From: an uncultured Burkholderiales bacterium
Lineage (GTDB): Bacteria > Pseudomonadota > Gammaproteobacteria > Burkholderiales > Burkholderiaceae_C
NCBI GenBank assembly: GCA_903844385.1
Contig: CAIMTJ010000092.1
Coordinates: forward strand, 2,826 to 66,825
Direction of reading: 5' to 3'
DNA length: 64,000 bases
In this document: in pieces, positions 51,254-61,136 of the stretch
How the letters are laid out: every line of letters begins with the position of its first letter
Position numbering within the stretch: position 1 is the stretch's first letter
Notes under the pieces: generated by a model
What the model was told of the DNA's origin: nothing
The model's database searches: none
What the model saw: only the letters and a program-made list of their open reading frames with translations
Position numbers and translations under genes: made by a program

Positions 51254-54199
51254 TCACTGACAAGATTCACACGTGGGATCGTCAACACCGCAAAACCGAA
51301 TGTCTGTCGCGGCCGAGTCCGATAACTCCATTTGTTGTGCTCTTGCTGCGGCGGCGGCCACTTCGAGTGCGGACAGTGGGCTTGCACTGGAAGCGCTTGC
51401 CGCACCCATGGAGGAGCCAGAACCTGAAGAGACTGCGTTGTGTTGATTGGAGTTGACGGTGGATTTTTCCACGTGTGTGGCACTCATGGTGCGCAAATAG
51501 TAGGTGGTCTTCAAGCCTCTGAGCCAAGCGAGCTTGTAAGTGTCATCGAGTTTTTTGCCCGACGCACCAGCCATGTAGATGTTGAGCGACTGGGCTTGGT
51601 CAATCCACTTTTGACGACGGGCACCCGCTTCGACAATCCATTGGGTCTCTATTTCAAAGGCTGTGGCGTACAAAGACTTCACCTCTGGGGGCACACGGTC
51701 AATGGGGCGCAAGGAGCCATCAAAGTGTTTGAGGTCCATCACCATCACTTCGTCCCAGAGACCAAGTCGTTTGAGGTCGCGCACCAAATAGCTGTTGATG
51801 ATGGTGAACTCACCAGACAAATTGGATTTGACCGACAAGTTACCAAAACACGGCTCAATGCAAGCGTCCACGCCAATGATGTTGGAGATGGTGGCTGTGG
51901 GTGCAATGGCCACGCAGTTGGAGTTGCGCATGCCGTCTTTGGCGATTTTGCGCCTGAGGGTATCCCAGTCGAGGGTGCTTGAGCGGTCAACCTCCACATA
52001 ACCACCGCGCTCTTTGGAGAGCAACTCCAGTGTGTCGATGGGCAAAATGCCTTGGTCCCACAAAGAACCTTTGTAGCTGTTGTAGCGTCCGCGCTCAACG
52101 GCCAAGTCGCTCGACGCCATGTAAGCATAGTAGCAAATGGCCTCCATGCTTTCGTCGGCAAACTGAACCGCTTCGGTAGAACCATAGGGAATGCGAAGCG
52201 AGTACAGGCAGTCTTGGAAGCCCATGAGTCCCAAGCCCACCGGGCGGTGACGCATATTGGAGTCGCGTGCTTTTTTGACGGCGTAGTAATTGATGTCAAT
52301 CACGTTGTCGAGCATGCGCATGGCCGTTGAAATGGTGACCTTGAGCTTGTCGTGGTCGATCTTGCCGTCTTTTAAGTGTTGTAGCAAATTGACCGATCCC
52401 AAATTGCAGACGGCTGTTTCGGTGTCGCTCGTGTTGAGTGTGATCTCGGTGCATAAATTGGAGGAATGAACCACGCCACAGTGCTGCTGAGGAGATCTCA
52501 CGTTGCAAGCGTCTTTGAAGGTGATCCAGGGGTGGCCTGTCTCAAACAACATGGTGAGCATTTTTCTCCACAAGTCGGCCGCTTGAACGACTTTGCTCGG
52601 TTTGATTTCACCTTTTTTGGCTTTTTCTTCATAAGCCACATAAGCCGTTTCAAATGCGCGACCAAAGAGTTCGTGCAAATCGGGGACTTCGGCCGGCGAG
52701 AACAAGGTCCACTCGCCTTTTTCCATCACGCGGCGCATGAACAAATCAGGAATCCAATTGGAGGTGTTCATGTCGTGGGTGCGACGGCGGTCGTCCCCCG
52801 TGTTCTTGCGCAACTCCAAAAACTCTTCAATGTCCAAGTGCCAGGTTTCTAGATACGTGCAAACGGCGCCTTTTCTCTTGCCGCCTTGGTTGACGGCGAC
52901 GGCGGTGTCATTGACCACTTTGAGAAAGGGCACAACGCCTTGGGATTCGCCATTGGTGCCTTTGATGTGGCTGCCCAAAGCGCGCACACGTGACCAATCA
53001 TTGCCCAAGCCACCTGCGTATTTGGAGAGCAGGGCGTTTTCCTTGATGGACTCATAAATGCCGTCCAAGTCATCGGGAACGGTGGTCAAGTAGCAGCTCG
53101 AGAGCTGTGATCGCAAGGTCCCGCTATTGAACAGTGTAGGGGTGCTGGACATGAAGTCAAATTTGGAGAGGACTTCATAAAATTCGATGGCACGGGTTTC
53201 ACGGTCAATCTCATTGAGCGACAAGCCCATGGCCACGCGCATGAAAAAGGCCTGTGGCAGCTCAATGCGTTGCTTTTTGACGTGCAAAAAATAACGGTCA
53301 TAAAGGGTTTGCAGACCCAAGTAGTCAAACTGCAAGTCGCGTTCGGGCTTGAGGGCGCTGGCCAAACGGGCCAAATCGAACTGGGCCAGTTGCTCATCGA
53401 GCAAGTCGTTGGCGATGCCTTTTTTAATGAAGGCGGGGAAGTAATCTAAATAGTGTTGCCCCATCTCTTTGGGCTGGGCTTCAAAGCCCAACACTTCCTT
53501 GGCAATCGTGTGCATGAGCAAGCGAGCCGTAGCGAAGGTGTAGTCGGGATCCTTCTCAATGAGGGTGCGGGTGGCCAAAATCGCCGCTTTGAAGACCTCT
53601 TCGAGGGGCACGCCATCGTACAAATTGCGCAAAGTCTCGGCCATGATGGGATCAGGCTTCACGTCGGGGTTCAAGCCTTCGCAGCAAGTGGCGATGAGGT
53701 TTTTGAGGTGTGCGAGGTCCAAAGGCACGCGCACGCCTTGGTCGAGCACATGCAAGGCGGGCGCGTCACTGTGCGCGGCTTCATGGTGAGCTGCACGCTC
53801 TTGGGTGCGACGCTCCCGGTACAAAACATAGGCCCTTGCCACTTCGTGGTGGCTGCCGCGCATGAGGCTCAATTCGACTTGGTCTTGAACGTCTTCGATG
53901 TGAAAGGTGCCGCCACCGGGTCTGGAGCGCATCAACGCTTTGACAACGCTTTGGGTGAGGTCTTCGACAGTTTCGCGAACGCTGGCGGAGGCGGCGCCTT
54001 GCGCGCCATGCACAGCCAAAAACGCTTTCATGGACGCAATGGTAATTTTGGCGGGCTCAAAAGGGACCACCGCTCCATTTCTTCGAATGATTTGGTAATG
54101 GGCCAAGGCGGAGTGCTGGATGGGTTCACTTCGGTCTTGTTGGCTTTGACCCACGGGAGAATGGCTTTGGGTGGGCGTCAAAGAGGAGACGGTTTGCAT
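51254..54199 (-). CDS. nrdA: Ribonucleotide reductase alpha subunit, class Ia, tandem ATP cones
   Basis: QLSSC, SNLCTE, VCNLGS, APTAT, TTYYLR, C-terminal CESCQ; start set at ATG 54199. Confidence 0.96.
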   Translation of the reverse strand: MQTVSSLTPTQSHSPVGQSQQDRSEPIQHSALAHYQIIRRNGAVVPFEPAKITIASMKAFLAVHGAQGAASASVRETVEDLTQSVVKALMRSRPGGGTFHIEDVQDQVELSLMRGSHHEVARAYVLYRERRTQERAAHHEAAHSDAPALHVLDQGVRVPLDLAHLKNLIATCCEGLNPDVKPDPIMAETLRNLYDGVPLEEVFKAAILATRTLIEKDPDYTFATARLLMHTIAKEVLGFEAQPKEMGQHYLDYFPAFIKKGIANDLLDEQLAQFDLARLASALKPERDLQFDYLGLQTLYDRYFLHVKKQRIELPQAFFMRVAMGLSLNEIDRETRAIEFYEVLSKFDFMSSTPTLFNSGTLRSQLSSCYLTTVPDDLDGIYESIKENALLSKYAGGLGNDWSRVRALGSHIKGTNGESQGVVPFLKVVNDTAVAVNQGGKRKGAVCTYLETWHLDIEEFLELRKNTGDDRRRTHDMNTSNWIPDLFMRRVMEKGEWTLFSPAEVPDLHELFGRAFETAYVAYEEKAKKGEIKPSKVVQAADLWRKMLTMLFETGHPWITFKDACNVRSPQQHCGVVHSSNLCTEITLNTSDTETAVCNLGSVNLLQHLKDGKIDHDKLKVTISTAMRMLDNVIDINYYAVKKARDSNMRHRPVGLGLMGFQDCLYSLRIPYGSTEAVQFADESMEAICYYAYMASSDLAVERGRYNSYKGSLWDQGILPIDTLELLSKERGGYVEVDRSSTLDWDTLRRKIAKDGMRNSNCVAIAPTATISNIIGVDACIEPCFGNLSVKSNLSGEFTIINSYLVRDLKRLGLWDEVMVMDLKHFDGSLRPIDRVPPEVKSLYATAFEIETQWIVEAGARRQKWIDQAQSLNIYMAGASGKKLDDTYKLAWLRGLKTTYYLRTMSATHVEKSTVNSNQHNAVSSGSGSSMGAASASSASPLSALEVAAAAARAQQMELSDSAATDIRFCGVDDPTCESCQ

Positions 54200-54370
54200 G
54201 TTGGAGCAGTTCCTATGAAGAAATAAAACGGGGAAGATGAAATCGAAAAATTGGAGATGAGGGAAATGAGAGATGCGCAGATTGAAAAAACTGATTCTCA
54301 ACAAGATGCCATTCTTGAAACACAGGGATGAAAAAGCCGACCCAAAGCCGCTTCTCAATGTGAGTAACCC

Positions 54371-54418
54371 ACACTATATATGGTGTTTGAATTGTTTTCA
54401 ACACACTAGGGGTAGTGT
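54371..54418. promoter_or_regulatory. Tandem NrdR boxes
   Basis: ACACTATATATGGTGT (54371-54386) and ACACTAGGGGTAGTGT (54403-54418), 32 bp apart, upstream of nrdA. Confidence 0.85.
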
Positions 54419-54660
54419 TTTCGTGGGTTTTATCGCAAATTCAACGTGGCGCACAGAAGATGGGGGTGTCAAGCAATTGACAGATGCCTTGCGAACACGC
54501 ATCAATTCAACAATGGGTCAATAAAAGCTTGATTTTTCGCTCATTTTGAATGGATTTGGATTGTAAAGTCGCATCAATATTGGGTTTACGGATGAAGGCT
54601 GTGCAGACCCTTGAAAGGGTGAGTTGGATCAAAACACACGAAAATATTTTTAACCCTCCT

Positions 54661-55266
54661 TCATGGGTGGGGGAAAAAATGTGATTTCCATCCCACGGAA
54701 CGCTTGAACGCGGTCCAATCAAAGCCCGCACCAGGGTCTTTTTTGCGCTCGGGTGCAATGTGCTCGTGACCTGCGATGTGGGCGATGGGGTAGTGATCGG
54801 CCAAGCTCGCGCAAAGCGAGCTCAACGTTTCGTACTGCTCAGGCTCAAAGGTTTGACCCTCCAGGCCTTCGAGTTCAATCCCGATGGAGTCGTCATTGCA
54901 ATTGGTCCGACCCCGGTAGGCCGACACCCCCGCATGCCAAGCACGGTCATCGCAACTGACCAGTTGGATCAATTCACCGTGTCGGCGAATGAAAAAATGG
55001 GCCGATACCTGCAGGCCTTGGAGGTCTTTGAAGTCGGGGTGAGCGCTGTCAAGTCCTTGGCCCGTTAAAAAATTCAGCACATGAGGCCCGCTATAGACAC
55101 CTGGGGGCAAGCTGATCGAGTGCAAGACGATGAGATCAATGTGTGCTCCATCGGGGCGCTTGCCAAAGTGAGGCGAGTCCACCCGCTTGGCAAACCGGTA
55201 CCAGCCCGTTGTCCACAGTGAGTCCGGTGTCGATGGTGCTGCGGTGTCGGGTGAGGTAGGGGTCAT
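54661..55266 (-). CDS. ampD: 1,6-anhydro-MurNAc-L-Ala amidase
   Basis: HSISLPPG, VSAHF, RAWHAG, SIGIELEG, GHEHIAP..K.DPG; start uncertain (55266 or 55329). Confidence 0.94.
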   Translation of the reverse strand: MTPTSPDTAAPSTPDSLWTTGWYRFAKRVDSPHFGKRPDGAHIDLIVLHSISLPPGVYSGPHVLNFLTGQGLDSAHPDFKDLQGLQVSAHFFIRRHGELIQLVSCDDRAWHAGVSAYRGRTNCNDDSIGIELEGLEGQTFEPEQYETLSSLCASLADHYPIAHIAGHEHIAPERKKDPGAGFDWTAFKRSVGWKSHFFPHP

Positions 55267-55297
55267 GAATGCGTTGTTCTCCAAGTTCAAGCGGGTT

Positions 55298-55573
55298 TCA
55301 GCTCGGGCTGTCTTCTCTGTGTAGGACACAAACGTAGCGCCCCCCTGCGGTCAGGCTCAGGCTGGCTTTGTCCGCGTGCACACCACACACACTGCACGGC
55401 AACAGCTCTCGAGCGGGTGCAGCGCTGGGGCGCGCCGGCGTGGGTGGCCGTGACGCGGGCGACTCGCCAGCGGGTGAGTGAGCATCTTGCGAGTCCTGCT
55501 CGCTCAGGCGTTTTTGGTATTTCTTCCAAATCACAAACAGCAACACCACCACCAGCAAGACAAAGAGTTTCAT
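55298..55573 (-). CDS. PP0621-family small membrane protein
   Basis: N-terminal TM, CSVCGVH...YVC..H. Confidence 0.75.
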   Translation of the reverse strand: MKLFVLLVVVLLFVIWKKYQKRLSEQDSQDAHSPAGESPASRPPTPARPSAAPARELLPCSVCGVHADKASLSLTAGGRYVCVLHREDSPS

Positions 55574-55655
55574 GCGCTCGCTCGATCAGTCGTGCAAAGA
55601 AACGGTGGATAAACCTGTGGACTGCATGTGTACAAGTGGTGAAAATAGCGTCATC

Positions 55656-56477
55656 TCAAATGCTGCGGTGCAAAATCACTTCCAAGACAAAGCGCGATCC
55701 TGCGTAGGCTAAAAAGAGCAGGCCGCTGCCCAGATAAACCACGCGGGTGGCTTTTTGACCTCTCCAGCCCCAATGCTTTCTGGCCCACAGCAGACTGGCG
55801 AAGGTGAGCCAAGACAAAAGCGAGAAAACAGTTTTGTGGTCCCAGTGCCAAGCGTGGGCGGCCCCATACAAAAAGTCCCCAAAGAGCCATCCCGCCAAGA
55901 GGGTCGCGGTCAGCAAGATGAAACCGGCGTAAACAAATCGGTAGGTCAAGCGCTCGAGTGTCAACAAGGGCAGGCCTTCAGTCAGGGGGGAGGCTTGTCG
56001 GATCAATTTTTCCGAATGCGACAAAATGAGCGCGTGAATCACGGCCACACCAAATAGACCATAGGACGCCATTCCCAGCGCCCAGTGCAGCGGCAACCAG
56101 GCCGAAGCGTTCAAGTGCAAGGCTTGGCCGGGAAAGAACAAACTGAGCACGATGCTCAACAGCCCCACACCTGCAACGATGAGTCTCACCCGGCTTTGGG
56201 GAAACCATTGCCGCTCCAGCGCATAACAACTGAAGATGAGCCAGGCGGTGGCCGAGAGCGCCGGCGCAAAACCAAACTTCGGCCCCGTTTCATCAGAGAG
56301 TAAACTCGCCGCCACATTCAGGCCGTGGCAAGTCCAAATGACGCCCACCAGGGCGAGTGCGGGCTGAGCACCCAATCGGCCACCATACAAAGCGTAAGCA
56401 CTGTAGAGCACGATCAAAGCCCAAGCGCTGTACAAACTGAACTCGGAGAGGTTGATCAGATCAATGGGTAAAATCAT
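55656..56477 (-). CDS. Inner membrane protein YpjD / CcsA-like
   Basis: Multi-TM, PLLTLE, HKTVFS, GWRG, YAGSRFV; divergent from ffh. Confidence 0.88.
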   Translation of the reverse strand: MILPIDLINLSEFSLYSAWALIVLYSAYALYGGRLGAQPALALVGVIWTCHGLNVAASLLSDETGPKFGFAPALSATAWLIFSCYALERQWFPQSRVRLIVAGVGLLSIVLSLFFPGQALHLNASAWLPLHWALGMASYGLFGVAVIHALILSHSEKLIRQASPLTEGLPLLTLERLTYRFVYAGFILLTATLLAGWLFGDFLYGAAHAWHWDHKTVFSLLSWLTFASLLWARKHWGWRGQKATRVVYLGSGLLFLAYAGSRFVLEVILHRSI

Positions 56478-56559
56478 GCCTACAGTTTAGCGTTTTGAGG
56501 CGACTGTGACCATTCGATTGTGAAAAAAATACGGACCGCGCCCAGCGCGTCGATGCCCC

Positions 56560-57936
56560 ATGGCTTCAGTGCTCAGTGAAAAATTAACCCAACTGGTCAA
56601 GACCGTGAGCGGTCAGTCTCGCATCACCGAGAGCAATGTGTCTGACATGTTGCGCCAAATCCGGCTGGCCTTGCTAGAGGCCGACGTGGCGCTGCCCGTG
56701 GTGCGTGACTTCGTCTCTCGGGTCAAAGAAAAAGCCTTGGGCCAAGAGGTGCTGGGATCCTTGAAACCGGGTCAGGCGCTCGTGGCCATTGTTCAAGGTG
56801 AATTGGCGCACACCATGGGCGAGGGTGTCAGTGACTTGAACCTGGCCACCCAACCGCCGGCGGTGATCTTGATGTGCGGGCTCCAGGGTGCGGGCAAGAC
56901 CACCACAACGGCCAAGTTGGCCAAATACTTGATCAACAAGAGAAAGAAAAAAGTGCTCACCGTCTCGGCCGACGTCTATCGCCCCGCGGCCATCGAGCAA
57001 TTGAAAGCGGTGAGTGCGCAAGCCGGTTGTGAGTGGTTTCCCAGCGAAGCGGGTGAAAAACCCCTGGACATTGCCCAAAAGGCACTCGACTATGCCAAGC
57101 GTCATTTCGTCGATGTGTTGATCGTGGACACGGCCGGTCGCTTGGCCATTGATGAAGTCTTGATGAAAGAAATTCAAGGCTTGCAAGAATTTCTCAATCC
57201 CATAGAGACCTTGTTTGTCGTGGACGCCATGCAGGGTCAAGACGCGATGAACACCGCGCGCGCCTTCAAAGAGGCCTTGCCCTTGACAGGGATTGTGCTC
57301 ACCAAAATGGACGGTGACTCCAGAGGCGGGGCGGCACTGTCGGTGCGCGAGGTCACCGGTGTTCCCATCAAGTTTGCCGGCACGAGTGAAAAAATCGATG
57401 GCATAGAGCTCTTTGATGCCGAGCGTCACGCTGGACGCGTCCTCGGTATGGGGGACATTGTCGCCTTGGTCGAGCAAGTCACGGCCGGTGTGGACTTGAA
57501 GGCGGCTGAAAAACTCGCCAACAAAATCAAGAGCGGCGACAGTTTCGATTTAAATGACTTTTTGGCGCAAATCTCCCAGATGAAACAAATGGGTGGGCTC
57601 TCGAGCCTCATGGAGAAATTGCCCTCTCAAATGATGGACAAGGCCAAAGGCATGGACTTTGACAAGGTCGAGCGCGACATTGCCAGAAAACAAGGCATCA
57701 TCCACAGCATGACCTTGAAAGAGCGTAAAAAACCCGAGATCATCAAAGCCACCCGCAAAAAACGCATTGCCGTTGGGGCGGGCGTTCAGGTGCAAGACGT
57801 CAACCGACTCTTGAACGAGTTCACCCAAATGCAAGACATGATGAAGAAAATGAAGGGCTCAGGGCTCATGAAAATGATGAAGCACTTCAAAGGCATGAAG
57901 GGCCCGGGCGGCGGTTTCCCCGGCATGATGCGTTGA
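56560..57936 (+). CDS. ffh: Signal recognition particle protein
   Basis: GLQGAGKTT, DTAGR, TKMDGD, Met-rich M domain. Confidence 0.98.
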   Translation: MASVLSEKLTQLVKTVSGQSRITESNVSDMLRQIRLALLEADVALPVVRDFVSRVKEKALGQEVLGSLKPGQALVAIVQGELAHTMGEGVSDLNLATQPPAVILMCGLQGAGKTTTTAKLAKYLINKRKKKVLTVSADVYRPAAIEQLKAVSAQAGCEWFPSEAGEKPLDIAQKALDYAKRHFVDVLIVDTAGRLAIDEVLMKEIQGLQEFLNPIETLFVVDAMQGQDAMNTARAFKEALPLTGIVLTKMDGDSRGGAALSVREVTGVPIKFAGTSEKIDGIELFDAERHAGRVLGMGDIVALVEQVTAGVDLKAAEKLANKIKSGDSFDLNDFLAQISQMKQMGGLSSLMEKLPSQMMDKAKGMDFDKVERDIARKQGIIHSMTLKERKKPEIIKATRKKRIAVGAGVQVQDVNRLLNEFTQMQDMMKKMKGSGLMKMMKHFKGMKGPGGGFPGMMR

Positions 57937-58012
57937 TCAGCATCTCATCGATCAAGCGTGTTGATGCACCCCAACTTCACTGCTCGCCCGCATCTGCTGG
58001 GCGTTTCATCCA

Positions 58013-59356
58013 TCAGACCAACTCCGCTCTCAATGAATGGGCGAAGGCCTGGGTGATCTTCACCTCGAGCATCTGCCCCGTGATGCTGGCGGGGTCTCTC
58101 GGGCCCACGGCGAAATTCACCACCCGGTTGCACTCGGTGCGGGCCATGAATTCTTGGGGGTCTTTTTTGGAGGGACCTTCGACCAAGACGCGGCGATGTT
58201 GGCCGACCAGGGACTCGCCGATGGCCTTCACATGGGTGTCCAAGAGGGCTTGAAGGGCCTGCAGTCTTCTGAGTTTGATCTCGTGGGGGGTGTCGTCGTG
58301 CAAATTCGCCGCTGGCGTACCGGGTCGGGGGCTGAAGATGAAGCTAAAGGACGCATCGAAATACAGATCCTCGATCAGGCCCATCATTTTGTTGAAGTCG
58401 TCTTCGCTCTCTCCAGGAAAGCCCACAATGAAGTCTGAACTCAAAGACAGGTCGGGGCGGATGGCGCGCAACTTTTTGATGGTGCTTTTGTACTCCAGCG
58501 CGGTGTAGCCGCGCTTCATCGCCATCAAGATTTTGTCGCTACCGTGCTGCACGGGCAGGTGCAAATGGCTCACGAGCTTGGGCTCTTTGCCATAGGCCTC
58601 GATCAAGCGAGGCGTGAATTCATTGGGGTGCGAGGTGGTGAAGCGAATGCGCTCAATGCCGGGGAGTTGAGCGGTGAGTTCGATCAAAAAAGCCAAGTCC
58701 GCCATCTCGCTCCTACCGGCCATCATAGGGGCCATCGGGGCGCGGTAAGCGTTCACGTTTTGACCCAGCAGGGTGATTTCCTTGACCCCTTGGGTGCTGA
58801 GTCCCGCAATTTCGGTGAGCACATCGTCCAAGGGTCTGGAGAATTCCTCGCCCCGTGTGTAGGGCACGACACAGTAGCTGCAGTATTTGGAGCAGCCCTC
58901 CATGATGCTCACAAAGGCGCTGGCACCTTCTTGTCTGGCGGGCGGTAAATGGTCGAATTTTTCAATCTCGGGGAAAGTGATGTCAATTTGAGGGCGTTTC
59001 GTGCGCGCGCCTTCATCGAGCAAGGCGGGCAGGCGGTGCAGTGTTTGCGGGCCAAAGACCACATCGACAAACGGTGCGCGATCAATGATGGCGCCGCCTT
59101 CTTGAGAGGCGACACAGCCGCCCACCGCAATTTTGACGCCTTTCTTTTTTAAGTGCTTGACTCGCCCCAGGTCAGAAAACACCTTTTCTTGCGCTTTCTC
59201 ACGCACTGAGCAGGTGTTGAACACGATCAAATCGGCTTCATCGACATTGAGGGTTTTTTCATAGCCTTGTGTGCTGTGCAGTACATCGACCATTTTGTCC
59301 GAGTCGTACTCGTTCATCTGGCAGCCGAAGGTTTTGATGAAGACTTTGGGGTTCAT
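58013..59356 (-). CDS. miaB: tRNA i6A37 methylthiotransferase
   Basis: [26 protein letters not shown] radical SAM motif, TRAM domain. Confidence 0.97.
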   Translation of the reverse strand: MNPKVFIKTFGCQMNEYDSDKMVDVLHSTQGYEKTLNVDEADLIVFNTCSVREKAQEKVFSDLGRVKHLKKKGVKIAVGGCVASQEGGAIIDRAPFVDVVFGPQTLHRLPALLDEGARTKRPQIDITFPEIEKFDHLPPARQEGASAFVSIMEGCSKYCSYCVVPYTRGEEFSRPLDDVLTEIAGLSTQGVKEITLLGQNVNAYRAPMAPMMAGRSEMADLAFLIELTAQLPGIERIRFTTSHPNEFTPRLIEAYGKEPKLVSHLHLPVQHGSDKILMAMKRGYTALEYKSTIKKLRAIRPDLSLSSDFIVGFPGESEDDFNKMMGLIEDLYFDASFSFIFSPRPGTPAANLHDDTPHEIKLRRLQALQALLDTHVKAIGESLVGQHRRVLVEGPSKKDPQEFMARTECNRVVNFAVGPRDPASITGQMLEVKITQAFAHSLRAELV

Positions 59357-59479
59357 GGCGAAGGATTGCTCTCAAACGGGTGATAGGGGGCGATGAAGCC
59401 GCTCGAATCAGACCCTGGAGCCAAGACAAGCACACCACGCAGTGGGCCAGGGCAAGGAGAGCGGTTGATCCCCGCGGTC

Positions 59480-59502
59480 AAAAAAAGTCGCTGGGAGCGA
59501 CT
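59480..59502 (-). terminator. Intrinsic terminator in the miaB leader
   Basis: Minus strand AGTCGCT-CCC-AGCGACT-TTTTTT, about 124 nt before the miaB ATG. Confidence 0.65.
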
Positions 59503-59503
59503 C

Positions 59504-59614
59504 TCACTGTGGGGAATCATTGGCTGTCACGCTCGAGCGGTTCGTGGTGTAGATCCAGAGGCCAGGGGTGAAGAAGGTTCTTATTTTAAACCAAAGTGAA
59601 TGGTTTGAATCCAT
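59504..59614 (-). CDS. Putative miaB leader peptide MDSNHSLWFKIRTFFTPGLWIYTTNRSSVTANDSPQ
   Basis: 36 codons, 10 of them UNN (W, F, F, F, W, Y, 4 Ser UCN); stop lies 1 nt before the terminator hairpin; weak RBS. Confidence 0.55.
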   Translation of the reverse strand: MDSNHSLWFKIRTFFTPGLWIYTTNRSSVTANDSPQ

Positions 59615-59811
59615 GTCTCAAACCGCTGCCGATTTGACGAGTGGGTCAGCACCCCGTCGTTCAAACCCAACACGATGGAGCCCATGCCAATTACGCTCTA
59701 GACTCGCACGCGATTCGCTCAAGACGTTCAAGCACTCACTGGGCTTAATCCTTGCGCGTGAGCGCGGTGGTTGAGGTCTTGCTTATAGTCGCAGCCACAC
59801 CAGTTAGACCC

Positions 59812-59836
59812 AAAAAAAGAGCCCACCAAGGGGCTC
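59812..59836 (-). terminator. Intrinsic terminator after the carbonic anhydrase gene
   Basis: Minus strand GAGCCC-CTTGGT-GGGCTC-TTTTTTT. Confidence 0.8.
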
Positions 59837-59866
59837 GATTGGGTGTCAACAAAAAAGGCTAGAAGA

Positions 59867-61093
59867 TCAATTGTTGGCGAGAATTTTTCGCCCATTGAGT
59901 TCTTGCACGGGCCTGGCATTGACTTTGAAGGGGAATTTGTTCAACTGGCCCTTGGAGATGTCGCTGCTGGTTTTGAGGATATAGAAGTTCACGCCCTCGG
60001 TGCAAGGCGGGGTGGTGAGTGAGCCCTCATAGGTGTAAAAGGACAAGTCTGATGGCAAGATGGTGGCTGGATTGATGATCATCTTCTCTGGCACCGACTC
60101 TTCGCCCTCTTTGGCGGGCAAATTGGCCCAGAGCGTTTTGATCAAGGGGTTTTCTTTGCCTTCATTCAAAGGCACACCCAACACCACGAGTTTGCCCGCT
60201 TTGCTTTTGTGCACAAAATGGACAACCATGGCAGGAGACTTGCCGTTGAATTGCTCTTCACCAGGGCGGTGGAAATGGAACTGCACCAAGTCATAGGGCT
60301 CTTTGTTGACGGTGAGCACACTCGTGCCCGCTTCGACATTGACTTGAATGGTGTGGCCATTGTTGATGATTTTGAGGGGTGTTTCTTTGTACCCGGGTGA
60401 AATCGTGTCGCGGGATTTGCCCATCTCGCCAGTGATGTTCAAAGGCGACTGTTTTTTACCATTGGCACAAGTGGGGTAATTCTCGCCCCAGTGCTCGGGA
60501 CCTTCCTCGCCTTCATAAGTCCAGTGCACCTTCTTGGCAGCACTTTCTTTGGACTTTTCGTCATCGTCTTGGGCTTTTTTCTCGTTGGGCTTGACCAAGC
60601 ATTCGGCCATCAACGTGACTTTTTTACCCGCGCTCAACAAAGCGCTTTGGGCCGAGCACACCGCTGGTATGCGCGCGCCAAGTTCTGCAATTTCCAGTGA
60701 CTTTTGGAAGGCCTCAACGGCGGAGGAATCTTCAAAGCCTTTGGTGAGTTGGCGCACGGTCCCCAAGCCCACGAGACGCTCGGCACTCAATGACTTTTGC
60801 GCTTTGTAGACCGCTTCCATGTCTTGGAGCACGACACCGTTGCTGAAGGCTTGCTTGACGATTTCAAACTGCTTGGCGCTGGCTTCCACCTCTTCGAGTT
60901 TGGCCTGGGCGTCGTCGAGTTGCTCTTTGGTTTTGTCCAGCGTGTCTTTGGTTTCGTCGAGCTCAGCGCTCACTTCTTCCATGTCAGAGGCAAGGTGTTT
61001 TTTGCCTGAGAAGTTCATGTAGGCAAAGGCAATCGATGCCGCTAACAACAAAACGAGCAAGACTTCAAGGGCAATTCGCAGGTACTTTTTCAT
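59867..61093 (-). CDS. Alpha-carbonic anhydrase with N-terminal TM anchor and coiled-coil extension
   Basis: HWTYEG..GPEHW, QSP, NNGHTIQ, QFHFH, HFVH, YEGSLTTPPCTEGV, NARPVQ. Confidence 0.92.
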   Translation of the reverse strand: MKKYLRIALEVLLVLLLAASIAFAYMNFSGKKHLASDMEEVSAELDETKDTLDKTKEQLDDAQAKLEEVEASAKQFEIVKQAFSNGVVLQDMEAVYKAQKSLSAERLVGLGTVRQLTKGFEDSSAVEAFQKSLEIAELGARIPAVCSAQSALLSAGKKVTLMAECLVKPNEKKAQDDDEKSKESAAKKVHWTYEGEEGPEHWGENYPTCANGKKQSPLNITGEMGKSRDTISPGYKETPLKIINNGHTIQVNVEAGTSVLTVNKEPYDLVQFHFHRPGEEQFNGKSPAMVVHFVHKSKAGKLVVLGVPLNEGKENPLIKTLWANLPAKEGEESVPEKMIINPATILPSDLSFYTYEGSLTTPPCTEGVNFYILKTSSDISKGQLNKFPFKVNARPVQELNGRKILANN

Positions 61094-61136
61094 GGCAAAG
61101 TTTTCACTAAAAAGTTACACCTTCAGGCGTGAAGGA

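Noticed and set aside
54200-54358. 53-aa N-terminal extension of NrdA in the ORF track
   Set aside because: It is a Phe-rich read of the AT-rich leader next to the NrdR boxes; ATG 54199 is more plausible. I saw no terminator suggesting attenuation.
59357-59811. SRP RNA, tRNA or riboswitch upstream of miaB
   Set aside because: No SRP GGAA-loop motif, cloverleaf or known riboswitch consensus is visible.
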